Part shown: piece by piece, positions 42,501-50,572 of the stretch
Layout: each line of letters begins with the position of its first letter
Position numbering within the stretch: the first letter of the stretch is position 1
NCBI GenBank assembly: GCA_963536045.1
Contig: CAUSZI010000002.1
Span: 4,757 to 68,756 of the forward strand
Length of the DNA stretch: 64,000 nucleotides
DNA from: an uncultured Streptococcus sp.
GTDB taxonomy: Bacteria > Bacillota > Bacilli > Lactobacillales > Streptococcaceae
Direction: 5' to 3'
Position numbers and translations under genes: made by a program
The notes under the pieces: generated by a model
Told to the model about the DNA's origin: nothing
The model's input: only the letters and a program-made list of their open reading frames with translations
Databases searched by the model: none

Positions 42501-43555
42501 ATTTTTTAGATCCAGATGGTTATAGTGATTTAATTGATTTTATTAACCAAGATTCTAATTTTATATTGAGTAGAGATTCATTTTTGCAGCTTAATCTTAA
42601 TTGGGACTTCCAAAATGCTTTCTTTACTAGAATTGTATCTGCAAATGATTTGGAATTGGCTATCTATAAATCAATGCTTGCAGGAATGAAACTACATTAT
42701 GAAGAGTTTGATAAAAAGGGGCTTTCGGATGAAAGAATGGGTGTCTTGATAGATTTGAAGATTATAGATTTTAACACTAGTAATCTTGACTTTATTAGAA
42801 CAGAGTATACATCTATGCGAACTTATTTCATTTTTAAAAACATAGAAAAGTATCTTAAGATTGAAGGAGGTGTTCATGATGAAATAGAGCTCAATGATTT
42901 GTTGCAATACGAAGGACTAGATGATTCCTATAAGCTACAAATAATAGATATTCTTGATTATGTGAGTTTGAAAGATAAAAAATTTTCAATTGAACTTATC
43001 ACTCACATCTTAGATTCTAAATTTGATATAAATGATTTTAGCTATATAATTAGTTCTGATTATTATGACAATGCTGATGAATCCATCAAAAACAAGATAA
43101 GAGAACTAACTAAAGAGCATTGGGATAAACTTATTAATCTAGATAATAGTGAAATTAGCATTCATTTATGCGAGTGGTTATTAGGCCTAGGCGATATTGA
43201 GGATTCAGAACGTAAAAACTTGCTTAAAAATAACTTATTATCGAATCCTGAAATGTCAAAATATAGGTTATATTTATTAGGGGATAACTTAGATTTATTT
43301 GAGCTATGGGAGATAATGAACTTATTGAGCGATTCTGATATACATGCAGAGTGGATTGAAGCGTTTAATAAATTGAATCAAAATGAAGATGTTGGCCACA
43401 ATGGGAATCAGTCAGCAACGGTATCTAATTGCGAATTCAATATCAAGTTATTAGAGTATTTAAAGAAAAGAGATATTATATCTGATAAATCTCGTCCAGA
43501 TTTAAAAGGTATTGTTTTGTATGGATTTAGAAGTGGTCAAATTGAATATCAGTAG
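39590..43555 (+). CDS. YobI-like/KAP-family P-loop NTPase with two TM helices and a long C-terminal region
   Basis: Walker A GNYGAGKS; two hydrophobic helices before Walker B VIVFEDIERF; RTKFFDFIIPVVP, DDMRLINNICNEY, VYKNIFPKDF; visibly very AT-rich; start could be TTG 39590 or ATG 39596. Confidence 0.85.
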   Translation: MLMIDESTEKEKKYKFRSLTSNKDVKIKPVISHALEFVISDVSEPTNVAITGNYGAGKSSVIETFELEKRDKKFIHISLAQYDEAKKNELNNREINTIEGKIINQLLHQIEPNSIRKSIFKTLDAESQIDPKKNTVFLFSILLLFLYLNLWTDFIKDIDWLTWTIHPIVRLSALVILFTLFFYGIFYLLKLQRDIGFIKHLSLKSDKIETDIEVFSNETSKVSYFDRYLDDVIYLFKQSKADVIVFEDIERFNDSRIFEKIKELNIVINRKRKVCGESKLVFFYLVKDDLLESQERTKFFDFIIPVVPVVTTSNSYDKLIEILEDMELGEGLDENFLFNISLYLDDMRLINNICNEYLTYKESLSTPKLNPKKVFSMIVYKNIFPKDFSLLQKNQGYLYELLHSKDEQLEERKNELSEKIQLLEKEIENAQTEQLRDEVELYGLNFQIPEGKLVIEVNGKSQAKFSSYHEFIMELLKEDSKITSFSNFYDAHYNQSSIEETLDSVFPNKNSAEFQERLKNTKNKRNLPRLNDKLKSLQNELYELDRFRLSDVYESSIQIENFDSLYSESIKENPQFAIIPFLIRNTYIDETYQDYLTYFYDNKITKEEKEFIVNVISGRDGNYDISLTNINEIVNRLDLKNYRYSYVLNYSLFKYLLNSQQKNDTERLAQIFQQKNILDFLIKFYKTLDMTTQNHQCIYEKENIKLLLEKWLEYNVSLFNECLEDKDAAPNENSLIISLMNLVDLSDIPKKTKVLIAKYLINNQVILLPDMNYNVSQFNRNLSNIDIKFNEFINQDDSYEKIILDYIYQNNLYLISEKNLEFFILWNLKKGCTDYEFNHQNFELLNTNIELKPLLDYCLSSEENLLQYAKVYIELSNGKMDDDPSFIEQLLNYDILFQNRDAENEVITLAEAILNSIPNLSIDYTEEKFNELSLDNKTKLIKNLVVNQKAQVNSYIVLSYFSIHPDFSDPDFLDPDGYSDLIDFINQDSNFILSRDSFLQLNLNWDFQNAFFTRIVSANDLELAIYKSMLAGMKLHYEEFDKKGLSDERMGVLIDLKIIDFNTSNLDFIRTEYTSMRTYFIFKNIEKYLKIEGGVHDEIELNDLLQYEGLDDSYKLQIIDILDYVSLKDKKFSIELITHILDSKFDINDFSYIISSDYYDNADESIKNKIRELTKEHWDKLINLDNSEISIHLCEWLLGLGDIEDSERKNLLKNNLLSNPEMSKYRLYLLGDNLDLFELWEIMNLLSDSDIHAEWIEAFNKLNQNEDVGHNGNQSATVSNCEFNIKLLEYLKKRDIISDKSRPDLKGIVLYGFRSGQIEYQ

Positions 43556-43625
43556 TCTATTTGAATAGAAACGCTGTAAATTTAATTATGAGTGTCTACA
43601 CCATTGTGAGTTACTCTACTGTTTC

Positions 43626-43666
43626 CAACCAATCAAGTCCTTCTTTCAGAATAGGTCTTGATTGGT
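43626..43666 (+). terminator. Hairpin/terminator after the NTPase gene
   Basis: AACCAATCAAG..CTTGATTGGTT inverted repeat followed by a T-rich tail. Confidence 0.6.
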
Positions 43667-43859
43667 TTTCTTATTTCCGGATTTTAAACTGTATTTGTTC
43701 TGTATTTCAAATAAATAGAGACTTAAAACTTTATTATATAGCTGTTCTTGGCTAGAACATTCGCCATTATTACGTTTTGGTTAAATTTGTTAGGATTGTA
43801 TGAATTGTCAGAAAATTTTTATTATAATATGGTTTATAAATAAAGATAAGGAGACTTCT

Positions 43860-46800
43860 ATGCAAAGACAACGTTTTTCACTCCGTAAATACAAGTTCGG
43901 TTTGGCTTCTGTTCTGCTGGGAACTGCTCTGGTTTTTGGTGCTGGACAGGCTCAGGCGGATGAGCAGGCGACAGTTAGTTCGTCAGGGCAAGGTCAGCCG
44001 ACTGCCGCTGTGGTATCAGCGACTGAGTCCGCTTCTCAAGCAGCTACACCTGAGAGTCAGCCGGTAACTCCAGCTGCTGTGGAGAAAGCAGCACCAGCTT
44101 CTTCTGAATCGGTAGCTTCAAGTACAGAGCAGGCGAGCCAGCCTTCTACGGCAGAGGCTAAGGAAGCAGCTGCAGCTCCTGTAGAGAAAGGAGCGACTTC
44201 TTCATCGGAAGAGGCTTCTTCAAGTGCTGAGAAGGTAACTCAACCATCTACCACAGAGACCAAGTCAACAGCTCCAGCTGGTCCAACTGCAGAGTCTCCG
44301 GCAGCCGTAAACTCAGACAAGCCTGCTGCTAATCCTGATGCAGTAGCAGAGTCACCAACTTCTCGGGATGCTAAACCAAGCAGCATCAGTACCAATGAGA
44401 TTATCAAGGTTCCTCAGACCTGGTCTCAAGGCTATAAAGGTCAAGGCCGAGTGGTAGCCATTATCGATTCAGGTCTGGATGTCCACCATGAGGTTTTGAA
44501 GATTTCTGACCCGTCAAAGGCCAAGTATCAGACAGAGGCAGCTCTGGAAGAAGCTAAGAAAAAGGCTGGTATTGACTACGGGAAATGGTATAACAGCAAG
44601 GTTGTCTATGCCTATAACTATATCGACGGTGATGACAATATCAAGGAAAAGAACAGTTACTCACATGGTATGCACGTAACAGGGATTACAGCGGGAAATC
44701 CCAACAAGAAAGCTCCTAATGATGAGTATGTCTATGGTGTTGCGCCAGAAGCACAAGTTATGTTTATGCGGGTCTTCTCAGACCGTCAACGCACAACAAG
44801 CGACGCTATCTATATCAAAGCCATTGATGATGCGGTGGCTTTGGGAGCAGATACCATCAATATGAGTCTAGGTTCAGCAACAGGTTCAACAGTTGATGTC
44901 AGCCCTAGTCTGCAGGCGGCTATTGAGCGCGCTCGAGCCAAGGGGGTGAGCGTAATCATTGCTGCGGGTAATGACAACACCTTCGGAAGTGAATACTCTA
45001 AACCGCTGGTTGAAAATCCAGACTATGGTCTAGTTGGTAGTCCTTCAACAGTAGAAAGCTCTATCTCAGTCGCTTCTGTCAATAATACTGTCCTGACAGA
45101 GGAAGTCATGGAAGTTCGTGGTCTGGAAAAGAACGATAAGCTTTTGAACGGTCATTTCAGCTACTCCATGGGTGAGACAAATGCAACCTTTAAAAAGGGC
45201 AAGGAATATGAGTATGTCCATGTTGGTCTTGGCCGTGAAGAGGACTTTGCTGGTAAGGATCTGACAGGTAAGCTGGCTCTTATCCAGCGTGGTTCCTTTA
45301 CCTTTGCTGAAAAGGTTAGAAATGCTATCAGCCATGGTGCTGTTGGTGCTCTGATCTACAATAATGTTGACGGAGCTAACCTAACGATGAGCCTAGACAG
45401 TGAATCTAAAAAGGTTCCGTCAGCCTTTATCAGTAAGGAATATGGAGAGGCTTTGGCAGCTGGTAATTACAAGGTAGTCTTTAATGGTCTTAAGGTCAAT
45501 CGGCCGCATCCAGGAGCTGGTAGTCTGTCTGACTTCTCTAGTTGGGGTGTAACGACAGATGGCTTGCTCAAGCCAGATGTGACAGCACCAGGTGGCGATA
45601 TTTACTCTTCGCTTAATGACAATACCTATGGAACTATGAAGGGAACCAGTATGGCTACGCCTCATGTGGCTGGTGTAGCGGCTCTGGTCAAGGAATATCT
45701 GCTTCAGCACTATCCAGACTTAACGCCTGCCCAGAATGCCGATTTGGTCAAAGCGCTCATCATGTCAACAGCTAAGCTGCACGTCAACAAAGAAACTGGT
45801 GTCTACACTTCTCCGCGTCAGCAGGGTGCAGGTATCGTAGATACGGCAGCGGCTATTTCTACTGGCCTCTATGTGACAGGGGATAACCAATATCCTAGCG
45901 TTTCCTTGGGCAATGTAGAAGACAACTTCACTTTTGATGTTACGGTTCATAATATCACTGATAAGGACCGGACGTTGAAGATGATTGTCAATACCAATAC
46001 GGATGCGGTTAAGGATGGTTACTATACTCTGACACCTCGCAAATTAACCGAAACAGTCTGGCCAGAAGTTACTGTCAAGGCTCACAGCAGCCAGAAAGTG
46101 ACTGTCAAGGTAAATACTGCTAAGTTTGCGGAAGAGCTGCTTAAACAGATGCCGAATGGCTATTTCCTAGAAGGTTTTGTCCGTTTTGTCGATCCAGCGG
46201 ATGATGGTGATGTGGTCAGCCTGCCATTTATGGGCTTCCGTGGGCAATTCCAAGATCTGCCAGCTGTAGAAAGACCAATCTATGATCTGGTCCAAGAAGG
46301 CAAGTCAGGCTTCTATTACCCAGTGCCAAAAGACAAGAGTATCCTAGCTAATAGCCATGCCTCTACTCTTTTGACTGAATCCAGTGACACGCTCTATTCT
46401 ACCGGTCAAACGGCTACTCGCAGCTCAATTGTACTGGGAACTGCAGAAAATGCTGATGGTAAGCATGTGCTGCAGTTGGGAGCGGATGGCAAGATTCGTC
46501 TGGCCTTCTCACCTAATGGAGATGGCAATCAGGACAGCATCCAGTATCGGACAGTTCTCTATCGCAATATCAATAATCTGACAGCTAGTGTCTATACGGC
46601 AGATGATACGGACTATCGCTTCCCAATCTGGCAGAGCAGCACGATTAGAGAAGGCCGCAAGAACTATTATAGTGGTCAGTCAGACAATCCTAAGTCCTAC
46701 CTACTAGAAGATACATACTGGGATGGTCGTGACAGCAAGGGTGAGAAGCTGGAGGATGGCCTCTATACCTATGTGGTTCGCTATACGCCAGATGTACCAG

Positions 46801-48380
46801 GTGCTAAAGAGCAGCAGATTACCTTTAACCTGCAGATCGATACCCAGAAGCCTTTGATTAGCTCAGGCTATATCAGTACCAAGGATGGTGCGGAAACCTT
46901 TACGGCTCGCAAGCCAAAAGATGTTGGCAACGGCGGTATTTTGAGAGAGCAGGTCTTCTATCTGCAAGCAGATGAAAAAGGGAAAGAGACCTATAAAGCC
47001 GTAGATGATTTTGGCATTGAGCGTGATTACGAGCGTCGAGTTTACATCTCAGCCAATGCGGATGGCAGCTACACCTTGCCAAAAGGAGTGGACAAGTCTA
47101 AGATTTTCTATGTGGTAGAGGACTATGCGGGCAACCGTGATGCCATAGCTCTGTCAGAACTGGTCAGTGCTGAAAATGATGGTCGTATCCGTGTCGCTCT
47201 GGTAGATGCTAATACGCATCAAGATGTATCGTCGACCTTTGTCTATCGAATCAAGGACAGCAAGGGCAAGTATGTCGAACTGGACAAGGGTAAGCAAATC
47301 AACGCTCTGCCATTTGGCCGCTATACAGCAGAGATCTTTACTTATGATAAGGATGGGCTTCGTTTCTACAGCGATCTGACTCAGGAGTTTGAGCTGACAG
47401 CCCAAGATAGCTTTAAGACGATTGAGTTTCTAGTCAAGAAGCTGGTCTTTGCACCGGTCAGCGTTGCCTTTGATCAAGCTGTTCCGAAGAATACCCAAGT
47501 GGTTCTCAAGAATAACAATGGCGATGCTTATACGCTTCCAGCAGAACTGTTTGGCAAGCATGCCTTCGGAAGATCTGTAGCAGCTGGATTCTACTCTGTC
47601 TTTGTCAACCTGCCGACTGGCTACGAGCTCTGGGAAAATGAGCCGACTGTTGAGGTCAAAGAAGGCAAGAATAACCTGCTGAAGCTGGGAGTTATCGTCA
47701 AGTCAGGCTTGCTGGCAGCTGTCAATCAGCAGTCCAGTCTAGTCGGCACTGCTCAGTATTACAATGCTTCTGCAGCGAAGCGCACAGCCTACGACCAAGC
47801 ATATCAGGCAGCCAAGGAAGCTTTGACAAGCAAACTGACCCAAGCGCAAGTTGATGCCGTAAGAGCAAAACTAGAAACAGCATCTGCTGATCTAGACGGC
47901 AAGGACTCTGATATCGCTGCGGTTAAAGCGGCTGTGGAAGCTTATGCAGCTACCACTAAGACAGGTGCTTATGCCAATGCTAAGGATAGAACTCGTCGCG
48001 CTTATGACAAGGCCTTCCAAGCAGTGGCCCTCCTCTTGGTGCAGGACAAGGTAACTCAAGAGCAAATCGATACTGCCCTAGCTCAGCTGACTACAGCTGA
48101 GAAGAAGCTAGATGGCAAGGCGACTAACTTTACTAATCTCAAGAAGCTAGTCGATGATGAAGTGCATTACCAAGCCATCAGCAATAAGTTTATCTATGCG
48201 ACTGATGCGGTGAAGGCGGCTTATCTAGAGGTTTATGCACAGGCTAAGGAAGTTTTGGCCAATCCAGGTGCCAGCCAGGAAGATGTCAAAGAAGCCATTG
48301 CCAACCTCAGAGCAGCAAAGAGAAAGCTTGATGGCAGAAAGCCAAGAGTCGTAAAACCGAAAAAACCTAAACAAGTCTAA
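43860..48380 (+). CDS. Cell-envelope subtilisin-like S8 serine protease (C5a peptidase/PrtS/challisin family)
   Basis: YSIRK-type signal FSLRKYKFGLASVLLG; catalytic IIDSG, SHGMHV, GTSMATPHVAG; PA domain ALIQRG; FSPNGDG; C-terminal FIVAR-like repeats; AAGGAG before ATG 43860. Confidence 0.92.
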   Translation: MQRQRFSLRKYKFGLASVLLGTALVFGAGQAQADEQATVSSSGQGQPTAAVVSATESASQAATPESQPVTPAAVEKAAPASSESVASSTEQASQPSTAEAKEAAAAPVEKGATSSSEEASSSAEKVTQPSTTETKSTAPAGPTAESPAAVNSDKPAANPDAVAESPTSRDAKPSSISTNEIIKVPQTWSQGYKGQGRVVAIIDSGLDVHHEVLKISDPSKAKYQTEAALEEAKKKAGIDYGKWYNSKVVYAYNYIDGDDNIKEKNSYSHGMHVTGITAGNPNKKAPNDEYVYGVAPEAQVMFMRVFSDRQRTTSDAIYIKAIDDAVALGADTINMSLGSATGSTVDVSPSLQAAIERARAKGVSVIIAAGNDNTFGSEYSKPLVENPDYGLVGSPSTVESSISVASVNNTVLTEEVMEVRGLEKNDKLLNGHFSYSMGETNATFKKGKEYEYVHVGLGREEDFAGKDLTGKLALIQRGSFTFAEKVRNAISHGAVGALIYNNVDGANLTMSLDSESKKVPSAFISKEYGEALAAGNYKVVFNGLKVNRPHPGAGSLSDFSSWGVTTDGLLKPDVTAPGGDIYSSLNDNTYGTMKGTSMATPHVAGVAALVKEYLLQHYPDLTPAQNADLVKALIMSTAKLHVNKETGVYTSPRQQGAGIVDTAAAISTGLYVTGDNQYPSVSLGNVEDNFTFDVTVHNITDKDRTLKMIVNTNTDAVKDGYYTLTPRKLTETVWPEVTVKAHSSQKVTVKVNTAKFAEELLKQMPNGYFLEGFVRFVDPADDGDVVSLPFMGFRGQFQDLPAVERPIYDLVQEGKSGFYYPVPKDKSILANSHASTLLTESSDTLYSTGQTATRSSIVLGTAENADGKHVLQLGADGKIRLAFSPNGDGNQDSIQYRTVLYRNINNLTASVYTADDTDYRFPIWQSSTIREGRKNYYSGQSDNPKSYLLEDTYWDGRDSKGEKLEDGLYTYVVRYTPDVPGAKEQQITFNLQIDTQKPLISSGYISTKDGAETFTARKPKDVGNGGILREQVFYLQADEKGKETYKAVDDFGIERDYERRVYISANADGSYTLPKGVDKSKIFYVVEDYAGNRDAIALSELVSAENDGRIRVALVDANTHQDVSSTFVYRIKDSKGKYVELDKGKQINALPFGRYTAEIFTYDKDGLRFYSDLTQEFELTAQDSFKTIEFLVKKLVFAPVSVAFDQAVPKNTQVVLKNNNGDAYTLPAELFGKHAFGRSVAAGFYSVFVNLPTGYELWENEPTVEVKEGKNNLLKLGVIVKSGLLAAVNQQSSLVGTAQYYNASAAKRTAYDQAYQAAKEALTSKLTQAQVDAVRAKLETASADLDGKDSDIAAVKAAVEAYAATTKTGAYANAKDRTRRAYDKAFQAVALLLVQDKVTQEQIDTALAQLTTAEKKLDGKATNFTNLKKLVDDEVHYQAISNKFIYATDAVKAAYLEVYAQAKEVLANPGASQEDVKEAIANLRAAKRKLDGRKPRVVKPKKPKQV

Positions 48381-48398
48381 TCGGTTTTCAAGTCAGTT

Positions 48399-48431
48399 AA
48401 AATCCCTTAAGTTGAAACTTGGGGGATTTTT
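48399..48431 (+). terminator. Terminator after the protease gene
   Basis: AAAATCCCTTAAGT..ACTTGGGGGATTTT. Confidence 0.75.
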
Positions 48432-48476
48432 CGATAAGTATTTTACATTGGCTCTATTTTCTGCTATAATCTTTTT

Positions 48477-48657
48477 TAGAAAGAATTCTCATTGTCTACT
48501 TTCTAGCGAGTTCGGGATAGTGTGAGCCGGATAGGGAAGCAGTGCAGATGGCGCTTTTGGTTATCATTTCAAAAGTAATGAAGTAATAAATTAGGGTGGA
48601 ACCGCGTCTTGACGCCCCTAGGTGAATAGCCTAGGAGTGTCGGAGGTGGTTCTTTTG
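48477..48657 (+). ncRNA. T-box riboswitch (Gly) leader of the glyQS operon
   Basis: TGcTATAAT upstream; AGCGAG..GTGTGAG stem I; specifier GAT-GGC-GC (Gly); T-box AATTAGGGTGGAACCGCG at about 48589; terminator ending TTCTTTT. Confidence 0.9.
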
Positions 48658-48692
48658 CGTACTGAGTCTATTGTTTGAAAGAAAGGAGATTC

Positions 48693-49454
48693 ATGGAGAA
48701 CCTTTATCTTGTAAAAGATGAGAATCAATTAGTAGCTTTTCGAGATTTCGTTGCAAAGAATGCCGCAAAGTTGCAGGATTATCTGGCTTTTTTAAAAGAC
48801 GAGTTTGCGGTTTATGACTTGCCGCAAGCCATCGTTTGGTCCGATTTTGATTCTGCTACGCAGATCATTCGTGAAAGTCCTGTGCCGGCTTATACAAATG
48901 ATAAGCGGATGGTTATGACTCCCGAGTTGCCGGTTTGGAAAGATTTGTATCTCCTTCAGTTGGAGAATTACGAGACCTCTCACCAAACTCGAGCAATAGA
49001 AAGCCACTATAAGTCTTTGTCAGGAAATTCCCTCTTGCAGATTGTAGGCCATGAGTTGGCTCATTGGTCAGAGCATTTTTCAGATGACTTTGATGGATAC
49101 GGTGCCTATATCTGGTTTGAAGAAGGTATGGCTGAGTATATTAGTCGCAAATATTTCTTTACAGCTGAGGAATTTCGAGCAGAAAAAGCATGTAATCAGT
49201 CTCTCGTAAAGCTCTTTCAGAAAAAGCACGGTTGGCACTCATTGAATAATTTCGGTACTTCGACTTATCAAGGGAATTATGCTAGTATTTTTTACGAATA
49301 CTGGCGCAGTTTTTTGACAGTTGACAAGTTAGTAGAAAATCTAGGCAGTGTGCAAGCGGTCTTTAATTCTTATCATCGTTGGGAAAATACAGATAAAACA
49401 CTTCCCTTGTTGGATTGGTTCATACAGCAGAAAATAATAGACAAAGAGATATAA
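48693..49454 (+). CDS. Conserved protein with a gluzincin-like HExxH motif
   Basis: GHELAHW followed by WFEEGMAEY; AAGGAG before ATG 48693. Confidence 0.8.
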   Translation: MENLYLVKDENQLVAFRDFVAKNAAKLQDYLAFLKDEFAVYDLPQAIVWSDFDSATQIIRESPVPAYTNDKRMVMTPELPVWKDLYLLQLENYETSHQTRAIESHYKSLSGNSLLQIVGHELAHWSEHFSDDFDGYGAYIWFEEGMAEYISRKYFFTAEEFRAEKACNQSLVKLFQKKHGWHSLNNFGTSTYQGNYASIFYEYWRSFLTVDKLVENLGSVQAVFNSYHRWENTDKTLPLLDWFIQQKIIDKEI

Positions 49455-49460
49455 ACAAAC

Positions 49461-49675
49461 TAAAGGAGTAACAAATGTCTAAAAAGTTAACATTTCACCT
49501 CGCCAAAGTCAATTGCGAACCTAAGGGTTCGATTGATTAACGACAACCGCTATGGGCGGTTTGTCTAGGCGATGTACTAGCTTTTCAAAAGGGAAATAAT
49601 CGTTCCCTTTTGACCGCTTCGCAAGAATCTTAAGAAATTAAAGGAGTAACAAATGTCTAAGAAGTTAACGTTTCA
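49461..49675 (+). repeat. 37-bp direct repeat (glyQ RBS plus first codons) flanking a ~140-bp structured insert
   Basis: TAAAGGAGTAACAAATGTCTAA(A/G)AAGTTAAC(A/G)TTTCA at 49461-49497 and 49639-49675. Confidence 0.9.
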
Positions 49676-50570
49676 AGAAATAATTTTGACTTTACAGCAG
49701 TTCTGGAATGATCAGGGTTGTATGCTCATGCAGGCTTATGATAATGAGAAGGGGGCGGGAACGATGAGTCCCTATACCTTCCTGCGGGCTATTGGGCCAG
49801 AGCCATGGAATGCGGCTTATGTAGAGCCGTCTCGCCGGCCAGCAGATGGTCGTTATGGGGAAAATCCGAATCGTCTTTACCAGCACCACCAATTTCAGGT
49901 GGTTATGAAGCCTTCTCCAAGCAATATTCAAGAACTTTATTTGCAGTCTTTGGAGCTCTTGGGCATCAATCCGCTGGAGCACGATATTCGATTTGTCGAG
50001 GATAACTGGGAAAATCCGTCAACTGGCTCGGCTGGTCTGGGCTGGGAAGTCTGGCTGGATGGTATGGAAATCACTCAGTTCACTTACTTCCAGCAGGTCG
50101 GAGGTCTGCCAACTCAGCCGGTGACTGCTGAGGTGACTTATGGTCTGGAGCGTCTGGCTTCTTATATCCAAGAAGTGGACTCAGTCTACGACATTGAGTG
50201 GGCTGATGGCGTTAAGTACGGCGAAATTTTCACGCATCCTGAGTATGAGCATTCCAAGTATAGCTTTGAGGTCAGCGATCAAGACTTGCTCTTGGGGAAT
50301 TTTGAGAAGTTTGAAGCAGAAGCTAAGCGCTGTCTGGACGAGCATCTGGTGCATCCGGCCTATGACTATGTTCTCAAATGCTCGCATACCTTTAACCTCT
50401 TGGATGCGCGTGGCGCTGTATCTGTGACAGAGCGGGCTGGCTATATCGCACGCATTCGTAATCTTGCCCGTGTTGTGGCCAAGACCTTTGTGGCTGAGCG
50501 CAAGCGTCTGGGCTACCCGCTTTTGGATGCAGAGACTCGCGAGAAACTCTTGGCAGAGGAGGGAGAATAA
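49653..50570 (+). CDS. glyQ: Glycyl-tRNA synthetase alpha subunit
   Basis: [44 protein letters not shown]. Confidence 0.98.
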   Translation: MSKKLTFQEIILTLQQFWNDQGCMLMQAYDNEKGAGTMSPYTFLRAIGPEPWNAAYVEPSRRPADGRYGENPNRLYQHHQFQVVMKPSPSNIQELYLQSLELLGINPLEHDIRFVEDNWENPSTGSAGLGWEVWLDGMEITQFTYFQQVGGLPTQPVTAEVTYGLERLASYIQEVDSVYDIEWADGVKYGEIFTHPEYEHSKYSFEVSDQDLLLGNFEKFEAEAKRCLDEHLVHPAYDYVLKCSHTFNLLDARGAVSVTERAGYIARIRNLARVVAKTFVAERKRLGYPLLDAETREKLLAEEGE

Positions 50571-50572
50571 TC

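Noticed and set aside
43561..43755. 64-aa ORF after the NTPase
   Set aside because: TTG start without an RBS, spans the terminator hairpin, and has no recognisable features
38020..43800. Prophage, ICE or IS explanation for the AT-rich region
   Set aside because: No integrase, transposase, terminal inverted repeats or flanking direct repeats were found
49293..49300. Perfect ComX/CIN box TACGAATA (also one inside lytR near 24678, and TTCGAATA variants at 38306 and 38390)
   Set aside because: The perfect copies are inside coding sequence with no competence gene downstream; an 8-mer is expected about this often by chance in 64 kb
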